A stretch of DNA of 64,000 bases from Macrostomum lignano (Eukaryota). The notes under the pieces were generated by a model. That model was not told where the DNA came from. It did not search any database and saw only the letters and a list, made by a program, of their open reading frames with translations. A program made the translations under genes and the position numbers. Location of the stretch: the NCBI GenBank assembly GCA_002269645.1, contig NIVC01000206.1:186001-250000 (forward strand), written 5' to 3'. Shown piece by piece: positions 1-12,803 of the stretch; position 1 is the first letter of the stretch; each line of letters begins with the position of its first letter.

Positions 1-1060
1 GATTGATGAGTTGATACAACACGGATTGATGAGTTGATAGAACACGGATTGATGAGTTGATAGCACACGGATTGGTGAGTTGATAGAACAGTGAACACGG
101 ATTGATGAGTTGATACAACACGGATTGATGAGTTGATAGAACACGGATTGGTGAGTTGATAGAACACGGATTGGTGAGTTGATAGAACACGGATTGATGA
201 GTTGATAGAACACGGATTGATGAGTTGATAGAACACGGATTGGTGAGTTGATAGAACACGGATTGATGAGTTGATAGCACACGGATTGGTGAGTTGATAG
301 AACACGGATTGATGAGTTGATAGAACACAGATTGATGAGTTGATAGCACACGGATTGGTGAGTTGATAGCACATGGATTGATGAGTTGATAGAACACGGA
401 TTGATGAGTTGATAGAACACGGATTGGTGAGTTGATAGAACAGTGAACACGGATTGATGAGTTGATAGAACACGGATTGATGAGTTGATAGCACACGGAT
501 TGATGAGTTGATAGAACACGGATTGATGAGTTGATAGCACATGGATGATAAGTTGATAGAACACGGATTGGTGAGTTGATAGCACATGGATGATAAGTTG
601 ATAGAACACGGATTGATGAGTTGATAGCACACGGATTGATGAGTTGATAGAACACGGATTGATGAGTTGATAGAACACGGATTGATGAGTTGATAGCACA
701 CGGATTGGTGAGTTGATAGAACACGGATTGGTGAGTTCATAGAACACAGATTGGTGAGTTGATAGAACACGGATTGGTGAGTTGATAGAACACGGATTGG
801 TGAGTTGATAGAACACGGATTGGTGAGTTGATAGAACACGGATTGGTGAGTTGATAGAACACGGATTGGTGAGTTGATAGCACATGGATTGATAAGTTGA
901 TAGAACATGGATTGATGCAATGATAGAGCACGGATTGGTGAGTTGATAGCACATGGATTGATAAGTTAATAGAACATGGATTGATAAGTTGATATAGCAC
1001 GGATTGATGAGTTGATGTAGTAGCACGGATTTATGAGTTGATGCAGCACGGATTAAGCAG
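1..1060. repeat. 23-bp minisatellite (GGATTG(A/G)TGAGTTGATAG(A/C)ACAC)n, runs off the left edge
   Basis: Head-to-tail copies of the unit are directly readable, roughly 45 copies, degenerating toward ~1060. Confidence 0.95.
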
Positions 1061-4000
1061 GTGGCCTGATATAGCACAGATTAGCGAGCTCGTAAGCACA
1101 CGGTTTGATAATTTAATCAAGAGTATTGTTACTTACTACAAGTAGGCCCTATTGATTGTGAAAAGCAGATTTATCTGGCAAATCAAAAAGGGCAAAAAAG
1201 AAGTCTAAATCCTGTAAAACAGCAAAAAAAAATTGAGTTATTTTCGAGCATAAAATGCAAACAAACGGTGCGCAGCCTTTATATAGTTAAAATATTTATT
1301 AAACATAATTTTTTAAACAAAAAACTGAACAAAATGAAGCGCACGCAAACAGGGCAGAACACGGGAGAATAGCAGAGACAACTGAGTGACAGTGAAAACT
1401 TTTGTGTTTAAAAAAACAAACGGGCAGAATTGAAGAGAATTTGATCACCAGATCAAGAGAGTGCTTATGCACACATAATTAACAAGGAAACGTAATAAAA
1501 ATTACAAGTGAGCACAGTTTAATTACACAGACATGGGCCGGCGTCGATTGCGATAAAAATATTAGTAGATATTAACCGAAATGTGTTTGATAACTGTGCA
1601 GCTATTCTTTATCGATTTTAATAGTTCTAAAATTAACCGAAACCCCTTTTGTCCTAATGCTTAATCCTCCTACACAAAACAGGCTGCATTTACTATTTGA
1701 AGTAGGCATTTAAATGTGACAGCATGCAACATGTCACCAAAATTAACTGTAATGATAGAAGTGGGCAATTTAAAAAATATATATGCACGAATGCGCTACG
1801 GTAAAAAAGCTAAATTTGAAACGTACTAAAAGTTGACATAATTAAGTTAATAAGATTTCGAATTCCACTGCGTGACAAATACAAGTTATGATTATTCTTA
1901 CATGTATCTGCACTGCTCACAAAAAACCAAAACGGCTGCACCAAAAGTAACTAACAGGTGCAAACTTGAAGAGCAAGCAAAGAAGTGTTTTTTTATTTTG
2001 AGATATTTTATACATCAAACAAGAAACAGGAGTCGCCAGCCTATGATACACGAGAAAGATCCTGGGCGGTGAGACGGGTCCTCCCAGTCTGCATTTTTGT
2101 TTAAAAAAACACAAACTGCACACTCGAAGCAAATCGTTTCAAGTTCACGAAAAAAAACAGAAAAAAAATATACAAAAAGAAAATTTAAGCAGAGAATGAT
2201 TTTTTTAGCCAACTTAACTAATGAATAAAACAAAAGGACAAACAGCAGCAGACGAGCAACAATAAATAAACGAGAAAAGAAGAGCTTTCGGCGCAAGAGC
2301 AGCAGTGTTGGCCGATAGAATGAGAATCAATCGAGATAAAATTGAGAATAAAAACTTGCACAGATATCAAATTTTATTTCATATTGGAAGCTGTTGACAG
2401 ACAATTGTGCCTCACCTAAATGTGCAGCATTTTAACAAACTTTTATTTTGTTTTAGAGAATGAAATATTATATATTAAATATTAAATATTATATTAAATG
2501 TAAAAATTTTAATAACAACTATATTAAACAAATTAGTTGAAAACTATACTAAAACCATAACTGAGAAAATAAAGGTACTGATAATGGCAAGGATTATAAT
2601 CTTTACTATCATATTAGGTAACTTTTGTCACCTACTTTTGTAGTTTAAAGGATTATTTAATTTTCTCAATATCCTTACTGCTTGACATGATCAGTTACAT
2701 AAAAATTACTAGTGAATTATCATACAAACTCCATCCTAATTATTGAATATTACATTGCAAAGTTACAATAAAGTACACAATAAGCTACAAACCAAGATTG
2801 CACAAAAAGAACTGATAATTGCACACAAAATCAAAGTACTTTAACTAGATAGAAAAGAAGAGTATTATCAATAGATTATTTAGCCAATTAAAATCAATAA
2901 TTATAATAGCCATCACTTTTTAAGATTTTAACTATCAGTGTACAAACTAATGCTGTTTAAATGTGTACCTTAAAGGCACGCACATATTCTTTAGTTAAAT
3001 ACTTAAACAAGGAGACCAAGAGAATCAGAAAAACATTTTCAATACTAATTGACCAACAAAAGTCTTTAGAGTAACATAAAATATTTTAGCTACTCTCAAA
3101 GTACAGAACACAGTAATAAAAATATGTAAAGGAATGACAAAATTAATTTTGTAGAGAGCAGATATGGTCATGCAGAAAAAACATGGGACTGATACTGGAG
3201 CCTCAAGAGGCACAAGTCACATTGCAAAATCATAGCAGTAATGGCCATGCAGCTGTAGCCAGAAACATGACAACAATGCAGTGGTGACACACAGAATCAT
3301 AACAAATATATTAATTTAGGCAGCTAAAAAAGCAGTACAATAAGCCAGAAACATAGTTTAATCTGCCCAGTAGAACCTTCACTCCTATCCAATCAATTCG
3401 ACTACATTGTGGCTGCTTTCATATATTCCCCCTGTCACTCTACTGGCAGCGATTGGCTGGAAAGAGAACATTGTGAATTTGTAATTTAATAACTGCTAAG
3501 GTAAATTATATTCAGTAAATACAATGCAATACTTAATTACTAAAAAATTAACAACTTAGATGTAAAATTTATCAACTTTATAAAAAAATAACTAACTTTC
3601 TGTCTATCATTTTCTTATCAAATCATTTTAAAACACTTGTTTAATTATAATGAATTAGCTAATAGTAGCCTTCAAAAATTTAATAATTATTTAGGAAGTT
3701 ACTAATGAACTATGAAACAACTAATGAGCTAAATAATAGCTTACACTTATTACTTTTAATAAAAAAATCTGGCTTTGAAGTACATCATTACAATGCAATT
3801 ACTTCTATTATGCTTCTTATACTTATTATTAAAATTTGGTTTAAACTTTGAAATCGCTAAATAAGCAAGTATAATAAAACTAAAAGACAATGCATATTGC
3901 ATTACCACATTATAAAAGACTTAAAGATTTTAATAGATTTGCTATAGATCTATTGATAGAGCCATAGTTAAAGATTTTTAATATACAATAAAAAATAAAA

Positions 4001-7000
4001 GGGCCAGCTTAAAAGTTCATAATTTAAAAATCTACCATATATATTATTACAGAGTAGCAATTCCTTTATAAGTAGCAGTGCCCTTAAATACCTGAACCAT
4101 AAAATCTTATATAAGAAAATTAACAATACTATTGATTCTTCTACTAAAAATATTATTCTAAACTAATTATAACAATAAACAACCATTTTAGTCATTATTT
4201 TAAAGTAAAATATTTCTAATATTTGTAATTTTAAGATTTTTTCAATTAGAATACAATCTCATACTATATAGTATTACTAAAGAAATAAAGAAAAGATAAC
4301 AGTGCATATTTTATAGGCATTGGAACAAGGGTGATGGGATAAAGGGAGAAGGACCAAGGGGCCATGGTTCTCCCACTTTTAAAGTAAGGGGTCATCAATG
4401 ATACCTACCCTTACTTTTTAGCAACTTTTGCTAATTTTCTCCAAATAGTACAAAAGTTATTCTATTTTTAATAACTTTAAGTTTAAATATTTACCACTTT
4501 CATATCTTATAAGAGGTAGAAACTAAAATATAGATTAGATTGTAGATTAGGTTAGATCCAGGATCTAAGATCCATTAAATAAGCAATTAATTTATTATAA
4601 CTAATAAGTAATGATCATAGGCATAAGAACAAGGGATGCAAGGGGCTATGCTTCCCCTTACTTTAAAAGTAAGGGGGAAATCAACTGTACCTGCCTTCTT
4701 CTAGTTTCTAAAATGTTTCAATTTAGAATATTTCCTATGTATATTTCCTAAAAACTTGAAATAATGCTCCAATATATTATTACATAAAATATAATTTTGA
4801 ACTTTCATTTTAAGACAAAAAAATTTAGCAAAAATTAATTGACCAATGCTAAATTTACAAATTAAAGATTTTGATTGATGGTGAGAGACATAATTATATA
4901 TTGTATAAGACTACAATACTTAACTTAGTATGCATACTCATAAAGTTAATACATGGATAGACTTTACAAAGAATCTTAATATATATTTTGCCATATTGTT
5001 TTGATCTCATTATGCATTATTAGTCAATGCTTTCTAGGCCTAAATGTATAAATAAATATAAATTGTCATTCTCTTATTATGTTGCTAATGCTTAAGCCTT
5101 AGGCCTATTTATTGGCTAGGCCTATGCAAAAATTGAAATGTTGCACTCTGGGTTTTAGTTGTAGGCCTATATTATACAAAATAGTTCAAGTTGTTTCATA
5201 TTAGATTAAAAAAATAAAAATAATATTTGCTACTTTCCTAATAATATACATATTGCAATTAGGCAGTACTGTATAGCTCAACTGAATCCATAATATATAT
5301 GATAGAAATTTTTTATTTGGGATAGGGTCTATTAAATATAGGGCCTATCTAATTTAAAAGAAACTACAAAAACAGTAATAATAAAAACCATTTTAGTTAC
5401 AATAGATAATTAGTAAAACATCCCTGGCCTGAGTCTATCTGAACATTAAAAATTAATGCAGGTTTTACTATTGCCTTTGTTGAAAATGACCTACACGTCC
5501 AAAGTAAGTACACGCCTACGTGTGTAATATAGTATTCTACTACTAGACATATACTAGTCAAGATCAATATATTACCTATAAAAAAATTGCAATTCATCAG
5601 AATAAACGCATGGAAAAAATAAAACCCTGTTCGTAAATATCCCGTCAAAAATAGGACCTTGAATTAAGGTAAAAATCAATTTTACATCTTGGAACGAGGA
5701 ATAAGCAGGGTAGGATAAGATAACATAGGGGTCTCGTCTCGGTCAGGAATCCAACACAGACACAGAAAATTGAAACGGAGTCTTTGAAGATTTGCACAAA
5801 AATAAACGGATAAAAACTTTTTAAATGTGTCAATATATCAGAAAAATAACTATAAGAATTCGGGTGACTAAGATCCTTTTGATAAAAATGCCTCTCAACT
5901 CTTTCACAACTCCGTGACCCCTTTCGCTGTCAAACACGGCAAAGAAAACACAAGAAATCAAAAAAAGAAACAGCTGATTGAAGACATTTAGCTATTTTGC
6001 TGTAAGTCCAACATTAAAAAACAAATAAATAATTTAGAAAAAGTAATTAGGAGTTTTTAATTAAAAAAAAATTTTGTTAGTAATTCTTAAATTACCTTTT
6101 GTTATAACGTTTTACTTTATTGTCGTTGACGGCTTAGGATTATGCTAATTGTTTTAAGACACTTGTAAACTTGCTACAACCATTTTTGATACTATGCATA
6201 TACTGCAATAACCGTAAAATATTGTTTTTGGTATATGCATAGCATTGTACTGAGCAAAGTAAATGATCATGATAAATCCAGCTATTGTATAGCTCAATCC
6301 GCGTTTAGTTATACACGTAGGTGTGTCGTGTACACATGATAGAGATGAGCCCGAATTAAAAACGTTCATGTATTATTATACAGCTACATTTTAATTTAAT
6401 TTAGTTTCGCAGAAATATTGCATTTAGTTTCACTTTTACGTGCATTGTATAAAATTTATCGTATTTCTCCCAAAAAAACGTATAGAAAATAATCATGGTA
6501 AACTTCGAAAAATAATGCGCCAAACAAAATGTGCATGTCTCGGTCTGCACTTAAGACATTTTTGCAACGATTTTGAAGAGTGAAGATATTTGAATATTTT
6601 TAACATTATAGTTGGTTTTGGGATCGAGCCAGTGCATGTCATATCGCATGATCTAGAAGATATCTAGAAGAAGATCTAGAAGAAGTAAATCCATATTTTA
6701 TCTTTTTGGCTAAGATTGGCAGTGGATCAAAATATCTACGTATATATACACTAGCTTCTGGCGCTAGTCGAATAAAAATTTTTTGCTTTTTACATCTATT
6801 TTACTGAACAGAGAATATTTTGTGAGAAATATACATGTACTTACTTGATTGAATCATCAAGTGTATTTAGTATCCGTGGATAGCTATACTAGTATAAGTA
6901 TAACTTCGAAATTCTCGACAAAATCGTAAAATTTGATCTTTCGCCTTCAAAATAATCGAATTTTGATATATTAAAGGTGGTGGATACACAGATTTTTTCA

Positions 7001-8112
7001 GACTGGCGTGAAAAGCTTACCGCAGCAATATTAAAATCTATCAGAACAGATCGAGTATATGCATATCTAAAGGAAGACTTGCGCTTGGCATGGTATATGC
7101 AATATATATTGTGTACGTTCGTATTTGCTCTCAGTAGTTTGAATCAATGAAAATACAAAAAATCAAGCTAAATAGAATGTTCACAGTGTCGCAGGTCCTA
7201 TATAGATGGAGATTCTAAATCAAAATGTAATGCATTTCGCTTCCACTGAAAGTAATTAAACATTGCGTCAGACATGAAATATAATCCACCCCGATTAAAT
7301 ATACATTGATGAAATTCGTTTTAGCTAAAGTCATTGGTTACAATTACTTATATATATAACTGTATAAATGATAGCGCAATGCAAAGCTACTCATGCAACA
7401 GTGGCTTTTTATGAAGAAATATAATTACATGAACAGAGAAACAAATTACTACTAAGTAGTAGGCATACGTAGTACTTGTGTGACGGTTTTAGTTCTTGTA
7501 CATAGTTTTTGCAAAATTAATTATTGGTATTTTAATCTGGTACTAATTAATTGTATTTGCGCACATACGCTCGTACTGGTGGACCTGTTAATCAGATAAA
7601 GTTTTTCAGTATTTTGTTTAAACCTTAATATTCAAATTTCAAATGACTATAAAAACGTTTTGAATTTCCATCAAGCTGTTTGTCTGGTTTGTCGCTTGTC
7701 GATCTTGGCTTTGTGCTGGCTCTAATACTTAATAATAGATAAATATATTGAATAGTTCGCAGTTGTTCGACAATATTTTCGACAGCTTCCTGTAATTCGC
7801 CCGGTCTACTACTACTTCTTCATACTCGTACATGTAAACCCTGATACACAACTCATCAACATCAGCAAAAGAAAAGTAGGCTTAATAAAATCGTCACACT
7901 TGTAAACAGCATGGACATAACATTTATCTGTCTCTGCCTGTCTGCCTGTCTGCCTGACTGGTTCAGATCCTGTCTGACAGTACAGATCCTGTCTAGGACA
8001 GCTGGTTTGTCCTCTCTGCTTTTGTTGCCTATATATGTCAATCCCTGCTGTCAAGTATGGCGGAGAACTGCATTATTTAAGGCGTGCGAATGTGGAAGGC
8101 TTGCCAGAGAGG

Positions 8113-11100
8113 TCATATAAGGCCACTCAAGCTGTAATCGCTGGGCCGCCTGCCGACGCTGCCGATGCCGCTGGAGCCGCCGCCGATCGGGCCCGAGTAG
8201 GTCTTGAAGATGTCGCTGAGCCGCTCGAAGTTGGGCCGCTCTGCCGGACTGGCCATCCAGCACATCAGCATCACGTCGTAGAGATAATCGTCGCATTCAA
8301 CTCCGTCGGCGCGGTTGGGATTCTCCATCCGGTAGCCGTCGGACACCATCGGGATGATGTCCTTGTTGGGAAACTGTTTGTAGGGCAGGTCGCCTCTGGT
8401 GACGATTTCGTAGAGCAGAACTCCGAACGACCAAACGTCCGACTCGGTGGTGAATCGCTTGTTCTTGGCCGCCTCCGGGGCCGTCCAGCGCACCGGGAAG
8501 CGAATCCGGTTTTCAACGTCGTCGCCTTCTTCGCCTCCGCTGAGACATTTGCTCAAACCGAAGTCGCTCACCTTGACGATGTTATTGTCGCTCACAAGGA
8601 TGTTAGCCGCTCTTAGATCGCGATGTACTACGGAATTCTTAGCCAAATAAGTCATGCCGTCTGCTATCTGATACATCATGTCCGTCATGTCGCTGAATGT
8701 CACTTGGCGTCGCTCCCGATCGCGTCGGAGGTAGTTGCTGAGAGCGCCAAGACGCATGTACTCCGTGATGATGTAGAACGGCTCCTCCAGGGTGCACACG
8801 CCCAATAGCTGGACAACCCGGGGATGGTGAAGGCGATAGTGCAGTTTGGCTTCGGCCAGAAACTCCTCCTTGTTCATGCTGCCGGGCTTCATGGCTTTAA
8901 CGGCGACAACAACTAAGCGACCGAGATAGGCTTGGTACACCTGCGGCAGGTTAGATGGAGATCCGGTAAAAAAAGCTTAAAACCCAGAAAAACAACAAAT
9001 ACGTCATCCTGATAAAGGCTTTGCAACAAAAATTAGTCGTTGCACACAAAAGGCCAAATTTGGCGCTTAAATTTCTCAAAATTGTACTAAAGAAACTCAT
9101 GCAGTCGGTATTTTCTAACATCGTTAGGTTCTTAAGAAACATTTGAAGGTTTAATTTTTTAAAAACTTTTAACAGGAAGAATGAGGCTTGAATTATGCCG
9201 TTCAGTACGAGCGTTATGTCAATGAATGGGTCAGCGCTATGGGTTTAGGATTATATAGGCATTCGATTCCCTGCCGACTCTACTTTTTAGTGGTACCTGG
9301 AAAAAGCAAAGCCCCAGACTTAAGAGTTCATGTTTTGCAGCTGGCCATCACCAGCAGTTGTAATTGCAATCAAGTGCCAAACCAGAACTTTTTAAGGTTT
9401 GACCGTCAATTCTCAGTCCAAGCTTATAATGACTTGGAATTCTTAAGCAGAGTGTGGCAAACAACGAAAAAAAGCTAAACGGGTCTTAAGAGGAGGGTAG
9501 AGAGGCTTCGGCATGGAATGTGACCTCAGGTGCGAGGGATCAATAAAGATGGTTAGCCGCAGTAACACACGGTCCCGAGAGGATTGGCTTGCCATCTATA
9601 AATATTTGATAGCAATCGCGTAACCTGGCCAGGTCGCTCTTGCACTGCACAGGCTATGATTAAACCCATTGTATAGTTACGACTATATCCTGTCCAAAAT
9701 CGGCAAAATGTCTTCGCCCGCCGATTGTAGGTTTTGTTTTGAAAACAGCGTGTGGCATGGATCGGCTCTAATTGCTGTTATCGAATCATTATCGCTGAAA
9801 AAGTAATTTTTGGACACTTTTCTTCTGAAATTGAATTCACAAGTCTGCATATTGAACATATAAGTTAATTAACAGCCTCAAAATCTTAAAGGCACGAAAA
9901 AAGAAATTTTACCTTTTTCAGTCATTTTTATAACTTTGGAAGGTAGAATGATGACACTTTTGTGGCACTGATGGCACTCATTTTGGGGCAGCAGTCACTC
10001 ATTTTGGCGCCGCAGTCACTCATTTTGGCGCAGCGGGCACTCATTTTGGTGCAGCAGTCACTCATTTTGTTGCAGCGGGCACTCATTTTTTGCGCCGCAA
10101 GCACTCAATCGTGTAAATTGTTATTTAACTCATACTAGCAGCTTAGCCAACAGGGACCATGAAATGTTTTAATCGGCATTTTAAAAGCAAAAACTTCGAT
10201 CCTGCCCAAAAATCCTGAATATACGGGAGCTACAGTATATAAATTGTCAAGATTACGATCGCTAGATAGCTTAAGTAACCTTAACTTCTGTTGACACCCC
10301 CGACTTCGTTAGTAATCGGGTTTAAAATTAAGTTTATAAGCTACATGTAAACAATGAGCGAACTTCGCTGACGTATAAGATATATTTAACGATCTTAAAT
10401 GACACACGAATGCCCGCTCGTGCAAAGCCATGGATTTGCAATTGGATGTAAACGGGCACTTGAAGAAGTGAAGTTCCTTCGAACTAAGCTGATCAGCGGC
10501 AAGTAATTTAGCTATCTCTTTTCATCGATTGAAAAGCTCTGTCAACTGCGGCTTACTGTAAAATTTCGTTGGTCAGTGAGTCTATAGTAAAGTTAAGCTC
10601 ACCTCGCCAAAAGAGCCGTGACCGAGCGCCTGTAGCAACCTGAGCGACTGTCGATTCACTTCGAAGTCTCGTAGCTGCAGCGGCGGCATCCATCGCCTGG
10701 GGCACGGCTCCGTCAGCCGGCAGCACAGACCGTCCCTGTGCTGCCGATAGTGCTCTAGGAGGTCCGTGATGCTTGGGAAACAGGTGCTTGGATTGACAAA
10801 GTAACCGTTAGTACCTTCTCGAACCATGTAATGCTTCACTAGGACTTGGCGTGCCTGGGTTGGAGCTGCATTTTTCGGAGAGTTGCGGTTGTCAAAATGA
10901 TACGAAATCAAATCAAGATGAGCAGAATGAGGATCTACGGTCAAGTGAGTAGGCTAAGGAAATACGATCAAGGTGAAGAGATTAAGGACCTACGAGCGTA
11001 CGACTAAGGCGAGTAGGTTGATTAGGGTTAGGAGGTTGAGGATCTGCGATCAAGGAGATGATGAGGAGTAAACCCAGCTAATTAAGATATTGTACCATGA

Positions 11101-12505
11101 CCTTTGTGCCCGCTGGGCACTTATTCTTACCTTTTAATGCCATAGACTATATTTAAGCCCGCTTGCAGGAGTCAAACTTACTTTAATTCAAATTAGCGGG
11201 CAGTTAATGACATTTAACGCCCGATTGTCTATTTCAAACTTACTTTAATGCAAATTAGCGGGCAGTTAATGTCATTAACTGCCCGCTAATTTTGTTCCAC
11301 TTTGTCAAGGACACAAATGTCTATGGCACAATAGTACATTAATACCCCTGCTTTAAGGGCGTTAATGGGAAAATCAGAGGGCGCCGTTAACATTAACGAC
11401 ATTAACTGCACAGCGACATTAACTGCCCGCTAATTTGCATTAAAGTAAGTTTGAAATAGACAATCGGGCGTTTAATGTCATTAACTGCCCGCTAATTTGC
11501 ATTAAAGTAAGTTTGACTCCTGCAAGCGGGCTTAAATGTAGTCTATGGCATTAAAAGGTAAGAATAAGTGCCCAGCGGGCACAAAGGTCATGGTACAATA
11601 ATAGCTCGTAGTAATACCCATGCTTTAAGGGCGCCAATGGGAAAATCAGAGGGCGCCTCTTCAGAACTGCAGTAGGGTAGTGTGTCCAGAACTGCAGTAG
11701 GGTAGTGCTGAGGTATAAATCACAATCTCTGGCGCCCTCTGATTTTCCCATCAACGCCCCCAAAGCATGGGTATTAATGTACTATTATTCAAGGGTAGAG
11801 GCTTTGTCACACTGAAATCAAATATAGGACCAATAGAAGTAACCGTTGTAACGGTAACTTCTAGTGGTACTTGCATCAAATACGCTACGTGTGTAATAGA
11901 GTCAGACACGACTGATGTACAAAGCTCCGTACAGATTCGTGTACAAGCCGTGTAATTGACGTTGCGATCGTGTAGACTTGCTATAAAATTCTACAAGAAA
12001 GACAGCTCACCCTCAACTTTGCCGTCAATTGCCGCTGTCTCGCCGTTGACACATGTCGCGTCGTTCCCGTCCTCGCTGCCTGTCGCGCCTCTATAGTCCT
12101 CGTCGCCACCGTCCGCATCTGCTCCCTCCTCGGTGCGCACGCTGAGGGTGATATTGGCCTGACCCTGGGCCTGATGACACGGTCGCAATAGGTAGCTGCC
12201 TCTGGGCAGGCCAGGCAGCATGAGATTCCGCTCGGCCTCTCGGCGATCTAGATCGAACCAGCACTCTAGCGAACTCGGACTGCCGTCCAGCACTTGGACA
12301 TAGTTGTAGGGCACGTAGCCCGTCTGTCTTGTCCGTTGGTTTCTGGCCAGCAGCCAAGCCGAGTCGGTCGCGTCCAACAGTTGCAGAATGTCACCTTTGC
12401 GAAATGACAAATCACCTTCGACCTGCGCTTCGAAGGAGAACAGAGCTCGGAGCTTCTCAGTGCTGGACGTCTCGGCGGAGGCTAGCGAAGTTGAAGACGA
12501 TGGAG

Positions 12506-12539
<34 letters not shown>

Positions 12540-12803
12540 TTGTTGTGACGCGACGGACCAGCCCAACTTACCTTGAGGTGCCGAGATCGACATTTGCAAG
12601 CGTCGACGACTGTCAGACAGAGAGGAGGCCGAAGACGACTGAACCAGAAAGTCCGAGAAGCCGCTTTCGTCACCGATAACTGAGCGCTGCTGCTGCCGCT
12701 GCTGCTGCTGCTGAAGTTGTTGCTGCTGAAACGGCTCAGATATTCGACGAACCTCAGCAGCTTTTTTCTTTGCCTTCGACAATTTCGACGCATTCTTGCC
12801 CAT
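8113..12803 (-). CDS. Src-family non-receptor tyrosine kinase, paralog 1 (SH4-polyQ-SH3-SH2-kinase), 3 exons, ~650 aa
   Basis: Exons 12803-12011, 10934-10603, 8940-8113 join in frame with GT-AG sites (GAGG|GTGAG, CGTAG|AT, GAG|GTGAG, CGCAG|GTG); total 1953 nt. MGKNAS myristoylation motif plus polybasic KAKKK; SH3 (ALFSFEAQVEGDLSFRKGD...GYVPYNY); SH2 (WFDLDRREAER...YLLRP...VKHY); GHGSFG, VAVK, HRDLRAAN (Src-type catalytic loop), DFG, RFPVRWTAPE. Confidence 0.93.
9974..10108. repeat. 21-bp tandem repeat (CACTCATTTTGG.GCAGC.G.)x~7 in intron 2 of Src paralog 1
   Basis: Seven CACTCA(TTTT) starts at about 21-bp spacing. Confidence 0.85.
11088..11600. mobile_element. Foldback/MITE-like element with ~185-bp near-perfect inverted arms, in intron 1 of Src paralog 1
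   Basis: 11088-~11275 (TATTGTACCATGACCTTTGTGCCCGCTGGG...) is the reverse complement of ~11412-11600 with about 3 mismatches; internal sub-repeat CAAACTTACTTTAATGCAAATTAGCGGGCAGTTAATG. TSD ambiguous (possibly TA). Confidence 0.8.

Noticed and set aside
1-1060. Regular repeat array as a CRISPR locus; ORF 737-1000
   Set aside because: Units are head-to-tail with no unique spacers, the context is eukaryotic with no cas genes, and the ORF is just the translated repeat.
1075-7800. Short ORFs and scattered GC patches in the AT-rich left region (e.g. 2015-2296, 5640-5950, similar blocks at ~4315 and ~4618)
   Set aside because: No protein motifs, splice-linked frames, TIR pairs or TSDs that I could support.
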